DNA of 62,526 bases, counting the filler, from Hausera hauseri (Eukaryota), in assembly GCA_046269625.1 (NCBI GenBank). It is 10 parts of 10 records of this genome, joined end to end, with 100 filler letters (N's around TTAATTAATTAA, not from the genome) between each part and the next. Parts side by side here need not be neighbours in the genome. Positions count along the whole stretch, not along the records: positions 35,691 to 40,246 come from JBJURY010529345.1; positions 40,347 to 49,773 come from JBJURY010379924.1; positions 49,874 to 58,486 come from JBJURY010581001.1; 7 more parts are not named here. One strand, given 5' to 3'. Below, piece after piece: positions 37,971 through 50,170 of the stretch. Position numbers and translations under genes: made by a program. Each line of letters opens with the position of its first letter. Positions within the stretch are counted from its first letter, which is position 1. The notes below the pieces were generated by a model, which saw nothing but the letters and a program-made list of their open reading frames with translations, made no database searches and was not told the DNA's origin.

Positions 37971-38709
37971 TAATATTCAATCACTCAATCGATTACAGAC
38001 ATAAAGGGATTTATACGTGCGAGTTTCATTTGATTCATTTTGTTTCGTTTGGTCCAATTCGACTCATTCTTCAATTTCATCCGAGATCTTGGTTTGAGAA
38101 GATTCATGCGACGACTCCTGTTTTCGAAAAGTCATTTATTTCTGCCACATAATCCTTTAGTTTAAGCATAGGCCACCAGCGACAATAAAGCTGAATATCC
38201 ATTCGTAAAACGTATTCGCCTTTTCCTTCGCCTGTACTGCATATTCTCATTCATATTCATTAAATGGTATTTCTATTAATTCACTCCAAACATCATCATT
38301 TATGGTTTAAAAACTTTTATTCAACAAAATAATATACAATTAATAATTCAATTGTGACGACAACAACAAATTCAATCCACTTACCGAACTCAACTGCATT
38401 GCCACTGTTTCTTAGGGAATTTGTGCCTTCCATTTTAAATTATTACGAAGTGTCGTAGATCAAATCGAAATTCTTCAACTGAAATTTGTTATCGAAAAGG
38501 TACGGAGAGCAATATTCTCTGTAACTGTTTACCAAATATTCTAATATTAATATATAATCATTCACGAATGTAAGAACTCCTTACTCTTCACGAGTTAGTT
38601 CTTCAGAGGTTATCGTTTAAAAGTATGAATTCGTAGTAGTAATTGCGTGCGAGTGTGAAAGTTTTTTAACTGCCATTACGTCGTCTATTTATACTCTAGG
38701 TTTATGTGG

Positions 38710-38921
38710 TGACGTCAATATTCTAATTCGATTCTTAAATTAACGTCATTTGTCGAACTTTGAGCTAAACCTGAACAATTGATGATTTCTAAATTCATTA
38801 ATGAAATGACGTCAATTCGACGTCAATATCCTAAATTCAATTCCTAAATTGACGTCATTCTGTCGAACCTTGAACTAGACCTGTATAATTTATGATTTCT
38901 AAGTTCATATTGACGAAATGA
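38710..38921. repeat. Two imperfect repeats of about 108 bp, rich in TGACGTCA palindromes
   Basis: Units begin GACGTCAATA at 38711 and 38819; TGACGTCA at about 38710, 38807 and 38850. Confidence 0.8.
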
Positions 38922-39404
38922 TAAATTTGCACTTTTCGATTTTCTATTTCGTTTGTATCAAATTTGCGTTCTTAATTGTGTAGAATTTGTATTTTCGTTC
39001 CAACCTCCTGGTTTCCAAAGCCAGTCAAAACTATCATGCAACCCACATCGCTAAGCAACACTTTATGCTATTTGACCTGCAATTGCCGTCACCATTTTGG
39101 ATACAAAAACATACAAGAAAACAGGATGATCGGAATGTACCCATCACTGGGTTTAACAATTAAAGAAGTATCAAAAATGAACTAGAGTGCAAACTAAAAT
39201 ATATTTACAATCTGCATCAATAATATCATGTCATTATGTCTAAACTCGTGGTTAAAAGTAAGTTTGAAGAGTGATAACAATGTCACAAAATCTGAAAAGT
39301 AACAGTAATATCGTAATTTTCGGATATTCAAAGAATTCCTTTGAGAAATAATAACGAGTTAATGGACAGTTTGGACATTAATGGACCTCAACACTGGTAG
39401 GTCC

Positions 39405-40238
39405 TCAAAATTTCTTTTTCTTTCTTAAGTATTGTTTTATATTAATCGTATGTATTGACATTTCTATCAAGTGCCATTGGTAAGGCAATTTGGTCGACAA
39501 TGCTGCTCTCTGCGGTATTTTAGACAAATATTTTGTTAAATATGCCTCTTCTCCAGGTAGTAAATCTACTTGTGTTAATCCTAAATAGGCCATCACTCTA
39601 TTAATCCATCGGGTATCTTTAACTATTTTATCCTCTACCCCGTATTTCTGAGCAAGCAAGTCTATTCTCTCATCATGTAATTGTATTGATCGATAATAAA
39701 TCTCAAAGGTACTAGCTTGTGTCAAGTTGATTATTTCTTTATCGGCTATTGTTATTCCTTTGGGTCGGTCCCGGTTTCTGTTGAAACTATAGAAAAGAGT
39801 TTTTATCATATATTGTCGAACTTCTTCTGTATCTAAGTCAGGTGCCAGTATAAAGTTATTGATATAGAAATAATCCACAATTCGCTGTAATATACTCTGT
39901 TGATGATATTCATTATCACGGTAAAAGGAGGTGACATATTGGCTTTTAATCCATGCTACGACACTATTAGATATGTTAAGGTGGTCTGCCCCTAATTCCC
40001 ATAATACTTGGTATACCCATCTATCCATTTCTCGAGTTGGTTCAGATAAGGCCTTTAGACTCTTGTATAAAAGTGTAGTACACGTAAGTCTACTGTGAGT
40101 TATCTTGTTTACTGGTGTCAAGGTATCTAATAATTTAATCTTACAACATCTTAAGTTTGGTGTATTATTATTTTCTTCAGCACTGATTCCTCTGTTAACC
40201 AAGATATCTGAGTAATTATCGAAACATCTTCTCATCAT
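39405..40238 (-). CDS. Hypothetical 277-aa protein, possibly 5'-truncated
   Basis: Long uninterrupted ORF in AT-rich DNA; no family recognised. Confidence 0.45.
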   Translation of the reverse strand: MMRRCFDNYSDILVNRGISAEENNNTPNLRCCKIKLLDTLTPVNKITHSRLTCTTLLYKSLKALSEPTREMDRWVYQVLWELGADHLNISNSVVAWIKSQYVTSFYRDNEYHQQSILQRIVDYFYINNFILAPDLDTEEVRQYMIKTLFYSFNRNRDRPKGITIADKEIINLTQASTFEIYYRSIQLHDERIDLLAQKYGVEDKIVKDTRWINRVMAYLGLTQVDLLPGEEAYLTKYLSKIPQRAALSTKLPYQWHLIEMSIHTINIKQYLRKKKKF

Positions 40239-40995
40239 GTCGTAATNNNNNNNNNNNNNNNNNNNNNNNNNNNNNNNNNNNNNNNNNNNNTTAATTAATT
40301 AANNNNNNNNNNNNNNNNNNNNNNNNNNNNNNNNNNNNNNNNNNNNGTATGTGTTTCCTCTACTTTAAGTTTTGAATGAATCTCATTGGCTGAATAAAAA
40401 AGTTTCATTAATTACATTTACATAAAAATTAATAATTTCGTTTCTGATGACCTTTTAGGAATATGAAAATTTCATTAAATTCATCACATCGGCAGTTCAC
40501 TTTTTTAATTTGTTCTGTTCTATTCGAGCTGAATTTAGATCAAACCACTTCCAATTCCCAAATTGAAAAATTCAAAATCCAAAAGTCTTTTATAAAGATC
40601 TGTCAAGTAAAACCCTTTTCATCAAGTTCATCCAAATTTCATTTTTATCACTCCATTCTAAATTTAAGCCATCCCACAAATTAGAAATTGCGATCTTAGA
40701 AAATCCTTTCAATGTTCAATCAGACCTTTGTTTCATATTTCAAATTTTCTGCGGTATTTCTTACGGGCTAACGAGAGAGCTTCAATACGGGTCATGTATT
40801 CAGACATGATTATTCAACTTTCATATCAAATATGAAACATTCTTCTTGGATTGATGAATAGACCGAAGATTTTTCTTAATTTGATTACTTGCATTTCGTT
40901 AGGCTTAAATAATCTTCAATTAACTGTTCTTTTGAGGGAAAAACGTTTCAGAGGACATAGTTGGGAAATAAATGAGGTCATATGAATTCATTTCT

Positions 40996-41400
40996 TCACT
41001 TTAAACTTGCCGATAATCGATATTTGTAATTTGTTTTACATACTAAATTTATGCATTCCTCGATGGTTTGAACTTCAATCAGTCTTTCGTTAATTTTTTG
41101 GTAAATCCAGTAGTTGGAATTGTCAATTATGGCAGATGCAGCGGTTGCTGCTGCTGTAATTATTTTTAAATCAGTTCGGTTTGCTAATTCTTCCAAGGTT
41201 TTAATAACGACCAAGTCTCCTTTCACAGTTAGAAATGAAGTTAAATTAGCTGTATAGGCACTAAATATTATTACGGAAAGCAACCAACAAGTTGTCAACA
41301 CCATTTGAGTAGCCATTGAATATGGGTAAAAATTCTGACCTTTTACGATTGGAATCTTCCATGATGGTATTCTTGCTCTAAATTCTTCCCCATATATGAG
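40996..41400 (-). pseudogene. Ionotropic glutamate receptor fragment (M3 and start of S2)
   Basis: WLLSVIIFSAYTANLTSFLT (SYTANLAAF-type motif), IKTLEELA. Confidence 0.8.
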
Positions 41401-42019
41401 TTTAAAACGTTTTAAGCTATGGATAACGATCGTGCATTTCAAGTTCCGCACCTTCGAGTAATTCGATTCTTTTCTTTTCTCTTGCCGATACTCAACGACC
41501 GTCGTGTAGACTCGAATTTGTTTGACTACAGATACAAATCTTAAACAGTCGAATGCAATCGAGACTAATGTAGAACAAATGACGATGACCTCTCCCACCC
41601 GCTGGCTCCCTGAATGTCGACCTGGGCTATCTATTTATAATAGTCACTACATTCTTTTTTGCATTTCCATACCTACTTTACATCTTCAAGCATACAGATT
41701 TCTCACAAACAATCCCAATTCCACACAAAATTCATATGATAAACATAAAAATATATGTACAATATATCTATATACAACGTCACCATTCACTCGCTCCGTT
41801 CTGTACATATACACACGCATGCTCACACATACCTCTATATGTACTATATACACCTTTTTTCTTCTCTATTTCTAATGTCTTCCGGATTACCCAACTAGTC
41901 AGTCGGTTTCCAACATTTCTTAATCTGAAAATCCACAGAGAAGGCATAATTCTCCTTAAATATTTAATGTTATGTCTCTACCTTCTTCTTTTGTAGCTGT
42001 CTTTTCGTCCTCCGTTTGA

Positions 42020-43001
42020 TGTTTTCATGGGCCGTGTCGAATTGTTGTCTTCTTTGTTTTTGTTAAAACTAATGGTTGATCCTTAGCCTGCAATCGAATA
42101 TTGTATCTTTCTTTAAAATATTCGCCAGAGGTCATTGTTTGATCACAATGTCAAACTTTTTATCGATATTTATTTCTTTGATATCATTTATTCGATAAGT
42201 TTTACTATTATGTTTAGTTATTACGTCTCGTCCTATAAATTGGTCAATATTGCGTCTATCGAACACTTTAAGCACAGAGTTATCATTCAATACTCGATTT
42301 AGTCGTTCAATGTGCATCATCATTATAATTTTTCCGTTGGGTTTCGTGTCTCTGTAAATTTGTCGAAAAACCACCGAGAACCTTGAAGTTGTTTATTTCG
42401 AAAAACGTTGGCCCAATATTCTTTGAAACATCACCACGACTTGTATTTGCCGACAAAAAGTACCCTTTTCCTATTTTGTCTTGGCCTAAACATATTTAAA
42501 GATTTTCATAAGAACATTTATCATTTGATAATATTCCTCAGTTTAGGATAAAAAGGTCGTCACTAATTGAATTGTTATCTTATTCTGTTCGTGATTAAGC
42601 TCATGAATATCGCATTCACCGTGACATTTTGAATCAGTCAACAATCTTCTTCCATCAAAGCAAAACCCGCCTCGAATATTTTGCTCTCCAGTTATTTTCA
42701 TAAATAATTAACTTCGATTTCATGGGCATTAATCCTTCTAAAAATTTGTGTCATACATATAATAGTTTTCTGCTTTGTTGATGGAACACTTCGTATAACT
42801 TGACTGTAGCTTGACAACTTTGCCTAAATCACCAGTTTTCTCGGATATATCAGTTGGCTGCAAGTTTAGCTCCACAATTTGAAATCGACGTTGTAACCCA
42901 CCGCGCTTGTTTCTGGTCCCACCACCAACTGTGCTGCCCCCAAAAGCTTCTTTTGATCTATTTGATTCAGTTTTGGGAATTTTAGCAAGTCTTTCGTCCA
43001 T
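42020..43001 (-). pseudogene. Piwi/Argonaute N-terminal to PAZ fragment, decayed
   Basis: GDLGKVVKLQSSY, YYMYDTNF, FDGRRLL, FIGRDVITKHNSKTYRINDI, EYFKERYNI...DQPLV. Confidence 0.75.
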
Positions 43002-43258
43002 GTTGATTTTGTCGTATGTGGTAATAAGGGAATCCGAATAAAATAGTGGGTTTCCATAGAATATTTCGTAGGTCATCACACCGACAGCCCACCAATCGAC
43101 TTCTCTTCCATAGTATGTCGAATCGGTTTGTGAGGATAAAACTTCTGGATTAACGTGGTCGGGTGTTCCAAGGCGACGATTACAGTTTACGTATTTAGTC
43201 TTGGGGTCAAACTTAACGCAAGAACCGAAATCAGCCAGCTTTAAGTTACCGCGTTCAT
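43002..43258 (-). pseudogene. ROCK/MRCK-type AGC kinase fragment
   Basis: DERGNLKLADFGSCVKF, GTPDHVNPEVL, YGREVDWWAVGVMTYEIFYG.PLFYSDSLITTYDKI. Confidence 0.85.
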
Positions 43259-46200
43259 CATGGTGAGGATGAATTGATGACCGTTTTCTGGAGGAAGAGG
43301 GCCAACAATTTCAATATGTACGGACTCGAAACGCGATGTGCAGGGAAAGTGGAATAGTGTTGGCTTTAAATGCTTAGCTGTTTTGTATTTTTGGCATGCC
43401 ACGCACTCCTTAACCCATGCCTGCACATCAGAACGCATTGGCGGCCATATAACTTGTCAATGGAGTAGAAGAAAAGTGGATTTAGCACCAGTATGGTATA
43501 GCGAATGTACGTTGTGAACAGCTTGCCTTTGCAATGATGGTGCTAGAATTATTACGGAATTGCCTGGTTTGGAGGTGTCTAAAGCCACGCTGTCAACGAT
43601 TGCGCAAAACATAAAAGACTTAAGCATGTCCTGAGGTGGCTGGTTCTGTTCAAGTTGTTCTTGCGTAAAAATCGGAGAAAAATTAATCCAACTAACCGAC
43701 CTAGATAAAAAATCATCAACTAAATTGTTAACTCCCTTAATATGTTTAATATCGAAGTTAAATGTGGATAAGTATGATATTTGTTGTTATTGGCGTGTGG
43801 AAGGGTGTTTCATGGCCACGATGTTGAGTAAAGGCTTGTGATCAGTTTGTAGAGTGAAATGACGAGCGACAAGCAGGTGTGAGAAGTGTTTTAAAGCGAG
43901 AACGATTGCCAGTAGTTCTCGATCAAACGTGGAATATCTGATTTTAGGTGCTGTTAGCTTGCGGGAAAAAAATTCTAAAGGTTGGTTTTTTCCCTTGTAG
44001 ATCTGATGGAGTACAGCGTCTACTGCAGTGATTGGCGCGTATGTGGTGAGGATAAGTTCTGCATCAAGCTTGGGGAAAGCTAGAATATCGACGGTTTTGA
44101 TGCCTTCGTGTAGCTTGTCAAATTTGTCAACCAATTCAGGTGTCCACTGGATTGGCTGATGTTTTTTGCCGCTGCTTAGGTGTGCGAATGCTACCGTCAA
44201 TTCGGAGCAGTATAGTACGTATTTATGTACAAAGTGTAGTGTGCCAAGGAAGCTACGCATTTCGGTGGTTGTACGTGGCAACTGGATGTTTTTAAGAACT
44301 TCGACTCGGTCTGATTGGGGAGAATGACCGTCTGGTGTAATAACTTGGCCTAAAAAATTAATACGCTTTTTGAAGTAGTTGCATTTGTCAAATTTGATTT
44401 GGAGATTATAATGGTTAAGACGCTGGAATGTTGCACGAAGGTGTTCTTCGTGTTGTTTGGCGGAAGATGAAACTACTAGAATATCATCGATATAAGTGTG
44501 TGCAAACGGGAAATCTGCAAGAATTGAATCGATGCGGCGCTGAAAAGTTTGTGTGGCATTTCGCAAACCGAATGGCATAAATAAGTATTCATAGAGACAT
44601 AAAGGAGTAGTTACAGCGGTTTTTTCTATGTCTTCGGATGCTACCGGTATTTGATGGTATGCTTTAGCTAAATCAATGGTTGAATAGATGGTGGTTGAAT
44701 TGAGACGATGCAGGATATCCTTGATGAGTGGCAAAGGATATGCGTCCATGATGGTCAAGTTATTCAGCTGTCGGTAGTCACCGCTTAGCCTAAAAGTACC
44801 GTCCTTTTTTGTACAACGTGCAACGGTGATGACCAATGAGATTTGGAACGGCGTACTATTCCAGAACGTTCAACCTTAAGAAATTCGGCTTCTACGGCCT
44901 GTATACAACGAGGTGACAGAAGCCGTACTTTTTGCCGTATTAAACGTTGGTGTTGTGTGACTATGTGGTGTAAAGTGCTGTTTGCGGGAGTAAAGGTACG
45001 GTCTTTTTAAAGCACGCGTGGACATGATGTGTTGACAAACTGTTGTAAAGTTGTATGTAACTGTGAGAGATTCGGTGAAAGTAGTGAAACGGCTTGAGTA
45101 GTAGCAGATGCAATGTGTGAGTTGTTTGGTGATGTGCAGTAAAGTGGTCTTTGGTGTAAGATGGTTGAATTGAAAATGGTGTTGGCTGAGGTATTTTCGT
45201 CGAATGAGTTAGCTTTGGTGGCAGTACCACAGTTATCGACATTGAACTTCGATCGAATGTCGGTATTATTATTTAAAAATTTTTGAGTGGAATTATTGTT
45301 ATAAAAAGTCGAATCATTTGTTGATTTTTTTAAAATTGACTTCCGCATTGCGGCCGACTGCGCGGTAGTCGAAACGCTATTTACATGTCCAGAAACACCG
45401 CTGACTGCAGTCAACCAGTAAGTTTTAGTGTGAGAGAAAGTCAGATTCTAGAATTGCCGTCTGGACGTTAGCGACTGTGAACGTCCAGTGGAAAGTTGAA
45501 AGAAAATTCGCCAGAGTGAAAGATAATTTAGTCGTGCCAGAAATGTGCAGCGGTTGGCCTGAAGCAGTGTATAAGGATTTGATCTTGAATGGATTATTTT
45601 GTGCGTAAAAGGTTTGTGGTAATAAAGAAATCGTTGCATATGTATCGATGAGAAAGTCAACATATTGTGTTGTAGGGGCAGTGATTGCAGCCTTTAGAGT
45701 AAAGACAGCAAAAGAGACGCGTCGGCGTCCAGAATGTGAAGTAGTGCCTTTGCCAGGGTTTGCCGTGACTTCTGGCGGCGAACTTAGTTTTTTTGAAAGG
45801 GTGAACTGGTACGACTGTTAGAAGGAAATGCAGTACGTCCGTTGGTTTTTGAACCTTGCATGGTAGATGCAATCAACGGTGTCCGAGGAAAAATTCTTGT
45901 TATAAAATTGGAACCCTAGGCAGCATTTCTGAGCAATAGTGTTAAATCTGTTGTGGTAATAGCAGATCGACGAACGCGCAGGCGATGGCGAGCGGTTTCT
46001 TGACGCAGAACTGGTGCGGTCGACGGCAAAACCCACTCGTCGGGACAAAGACAATTCGTTTAGTTTATTATTGATGTTGATGATTGTTGATTGCAATGCC
46101 ATATTTTTTGCACGTAGCTGATTAAGCTGTTGTTCTATAGATGTATTTTCGTTAGCTGCAACTGCTGTTGAAACAACTGGTAGAGAATTTACGTGTAGGA

Positions 46201-47121
46201 TCTCGTGTGTCCTATCAGCTAATTCAGCTAATTTCTCAAGCTGCGTGGAGTCTCCCGCCACGGTAAGGAGGGTTCGGATTTGGATAGGTAGTGCATTGAG
46301 GAAATAGTGGCGTAGAAGGTCTGGATTATGTTCTTTGGTTACGCCAAAAGTATGTAGCTGCGCTAAGGATGTACGTAAAAATTCTAATGGCCGTTGGGTT
46401 CCTATCACGTTGTCATGAAAGAAACGCTGCATAATAGTGTCCACGGACGGTTCGGTGATCTTTAGAACTGCATTAGAAATATGTGAGTATGGGTCTGGAA
46501 GTTCAAAGATTTCAATGATGTTATGGATGAGAGTTTTGATGCTGTTAGGCAGTAGGAAAAGAAGGTTATTGGCTCTAGTTAAAGAGTCGGTGATGTTATT
46601 TGCTTGCAGCCAAAGTTGGTGAAATTGCAACCAAATTTTGCTAGAACCTTGATTGTCAACGAAAGACTCGGTGCAGTTGGGTAAAGAAGCTGAAGAGGTA
46701 ATAGATAAGAGGCTGCCAGCAGATGTAGAAGAGGGTTTTGGGAGTACTATAACAGGTATTGGTTTCGTGGTAGTTTTATCCGTGGTGTCAATAGTTGGCG
46801 AAGAGTTCATGCCACCAAGGATACGGAGATGCATGTTGAGGCAAGTGTAGTTTGAGAAAGAAGGTAGAATTCCGTTGAGAGGTGTGATAACGCCGTTATG
46901 GATGAAATAAAAATCAGAAGAATTAAGTAAGGAAGAAATGGAGGTCCGAAGGATGGGAATGTATGGATGTAGTGTAGTGAGGGTGTAAATGTGTATTGTT
47001 GAAAAAAAAAGAAAATAGAGGGGGAAAATGTGGTGCGCCTGAGGGCGTGATCTGGGGTCGACACCGAAAGCGCCGTCCGACCGACTGTCGCAGGATTGGC
47101 GGTCGGAACTTGCGCACAAAA
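43250..47121 (-). mobile_element. Ty3/gypsy (CsRn1-like) element: short 5' LTR-like unit, UBL-Gag, PR, RT, RH, truncated IN
   Basis: 47029-47121 is GC-rich with ends TTTTGTGCGC...GCGCACCACA; ORF 45818-47119 with HLRILGG-MNSSP and CYYH/CIYH; A-AAA-AAC-TAA; RT YIDDILV, MPFGL; IN broken at LTMM. Confidence 0.93.
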
Positions 47122-47508
47122 ATGCAGGTTGGCCAAGTTTCCCCTCAAAGGTGCCGTCATTGCTGCTCGAAATTTCTGAATTTCCTTCATGACATCTCTA
47201 GTCTTAACTGCATCGCGATAGTTCATAACAATCGGTATGAATTTCCCTTTATTTAAGTTGGTTTTAGGCATTAGGTGATCTTTCGGGGTGACACTTATTG
47301 TAATTTGTTCGACCGACGAAATGGTATACTTAAATCGTGTTTCGTGCAGAATTGGAGAATGTCGCATTGTTCCGTGGTGTATGCTTGGGTACGGTATTGA
47401 ATGTGTATGTACCTCTTTCAAATCAGAATTCGTCGTTATTTTAAATCGCGCTGACGCTGTAGGTGAGCTAATCATTAGAGATATTATTCTATTGGGATTA
47501 GAATAATA

Positions 47509-48178
47509 TTATAAATTCCTGAACAAAATATATTTACAAACGTCATAAAAAGCTTCATTATTAAAAGGTATAGACAAGTCGCACGTATCTAGTGTTGTAT
47601 GACTATGAAATACTCTATTGTATGGTTCAACAATCGCCGTAGGCAGTATCGGGCTGGGAAATAATGCCAATTGTATTCGGTTTGTTTTGAGATAATCAAT
47701 GGCTAATTGCTGCATTATCAACGCGCCAACTCTAGATCCCGTATCGCCACCCATACTGTTAATGACAATAAATGCATGCGAATTATTCGTCATTTCAGCT
47801 AGTTTGAATAACTGCGGTGGAAACAATCTTAGTAGTCGTACACAAGAATTGAGACTTACTCGCCCACAATTGTTACCGGAATCTTCACAGTTAGTAATCA
47901 TTAATTCTCTACTAGAAATATTTCGACATGCACCGGTCTTAACATTATTTATGCATGTAGGCTGTGAATCGATAAGTATCGCTCTTGGATTGAACATACA
48001 GTAGTTTAATGGTACGGATAATACTGTCGTTCGGTCAGGTTCGTTAGCTAAATCGTTATCTGTTAATGTTTCTAGTCCATCTGGATCAATAGTGTGTTCA
48101 AAACACAATAATTTCCAGTGTGCTGGTTCACTGCACACCAAACTGACCAAGATGTATAAAAACGACTTTAGATGGCAT
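47509..48178 (-). pseudogene. Alpha-tubulin-like fragment, diverged or decayed
   Basis: [63 protein letters not shown]. Confidence 0.85.
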
Positions 48179-48479
48179 GCATTTATAAAGCCATGATTGT
48201 ATTATAATAGTTGAAAGAAATGTTACCCGGCAGCAGTTATATATCCTTTGGCCACCAATTTCGCAGCGTTCGGGATTCAACGACGCAATGGCTGCCAATA
48301 GATCGTAATTAATCGCCGGTGAAGCTTCCAATTTTGGTTGCCAATTATCCGGCGGAGGTGCCGGTAGTGAAATTAGAAATTGCTTTTGTTTAACCAACTC
48401 TTTTTGTAATGCCCGATTAGTTGCCTTACGTAGTTCTGCTTCTTGCTGATCTTGATCCGTCTGTTTCAGCTTTTGGTTG

Positions 48480-49773
48480 GCAGCATACGGCAAGCGAACT
48501 TTAGCGATTTGTGTCGTTTTACAACATTCTTTACACTGAAATGTCTGACTCTTGAGATTAGCAATGACCATTTAGCCGCATTCTCTGCAAACGTAGACAA
48601 AGTACGCATCACTGACATCCAACAACCGTTCTTTCAAAACTTGTGACGTGCCGTGCGCAATTTGGCAATCGCGTTCTATATCACCAAAACGCAAACCACC
48701 CTTTCTGAATCGTACTTCCATCGGCTGTCTCGGCATGTTTGTAACCGGGGCTCTGGCGCGACTGTGAATTTTGTCGTCAACCATATGTTTTAGGCGCTGG
48801 TGATATGTTAGACCAAAAAAAATTGTTGCGATTTTTCGCCCGGTAAATCCATTATACATTATCTCGTTCTCATTGGCTTTATGGCCATAATCCGTCAAAA
48901 TCCTTGATATTTTTCTAACGTTAACAGCATCATTGAATGGCGTAGCATCACCGATTTCACCTCGATTAGCACTAACCTTTCCTTGTAAACATTCAATTAA
49001 ATGACCAATAATCATTCGACTGGGTATAGCATGAGGGTTGATGATGATGTCTGGCGTTATACCTTCACACGTAAACGGCATGTCTTCTTGGCGATACAAA
49101 ATTCCACAAGTACCCTTTTGACCATGTCGTGACGCCAACCTATTACCAATTTGTGGTATTTTCGTCGTGCGAATTCGAATTTTGTAAAATTTCATACCAT
49201 CTGAATTCGTACGCAACATGACTCTATCAACAATACTCTGTTCATTTTTCCTCATAAACAAACTACAATCCCGTTTCTTATATTTGGAATTCGCAACATC
49301 ATCGGTAAATTCGTCAGTGTTTGGTAAAGTCACCGTTTTACCAAGCAGAATATCTCCGCCTGAAACTCGAGTACCCGGTTGGATAATACCGTCAACGTCC
49401 AGTTTACCGTATTCTTCTTCTCGCATACCCATTGTTTCTTCTTTGAGAGGTTTTTCAATTGTCTCAATGTATTAGGATTTATTGCTTGTTTCGCATTCAC
49501 TGACAGTTCGGTAAAACTGATCGAAATATTCCCCTTTCAACAGCAGATTCATTAAGAATGACAGAATCCTCTTGATTGTATCCGGTGTATGATGCAATGG
49601 CAACAATAGCATTAATACCAGCCGGCAACTCTCGAGATCGTAAATATTCCATGGCTCTCGTTGTAGTCAGCGGTTTCTGAGAATAGTATAAAACGTGAGC
49701 CTGTGTGTCCATTCGCGTATGGAAATTACTTATGTACACATCCATGGCCTGTTTACCCATAGCGCTTTGATAT
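48480..49773 (-). pseudogene. POLR2B: RNA polymerase II subunit RPB2 C-terminal fragment with frameshifts and stops
   Basis: [60 protein letters not shown]. Confidence 0.92.
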
Positions 49774-49873
49774 NNNNNNNNNNNNNNNNNNNNNNNNNNN
49801 NNNNNNNNNNNNNNNNNTTAATTAATTAANNNNNNNNNNNNNNNNNNNNNNNNNNNNNNNNNNNNNNNNNNNN

Positions 49874-50170
49874 GCAAGCAAACACACCGCATAAAGACAA
49901 AACACGCAGAGTCACATTCAGCAAGTATAGCAGGGAAAAATCAGTAGAAGGCACCCAACGTCTTGTCCACTCTAAGACCGATTGACACACTTTTCGTTTA
50001 GCGCTTGTTTTTTTCCGTCTGTTTTAATCTTTACAGTTTTCACTTTGCCACGGGGAGGTAATGTGGTGCCCACAGCGGCCGGTGCCCTTTGGCCCATTTG
50101 GTCGGGCATGGCCGGACCTCCGTTGCCGCCGCGTTGGATCTATAGTCGGGCCCGATCTCCCGCTTCAGAC
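49874..50170 (+). mobile_element. 3' end of the same Ty3 family: integrase tail, PPT, LTR start
   Basis: RRVTFSKYSREKSVEGTQRLVHSK*; TTGCCACGGGGAGGTAA then TGTGGTGCC at 50062. Confidence 0.8.

Noticed and set aside
37825-38921. Repeats as a possible CRISPR array
   Set aside because: Only two long units each, no repeat-spacer pattern, no cas genes, eukaryotic context.
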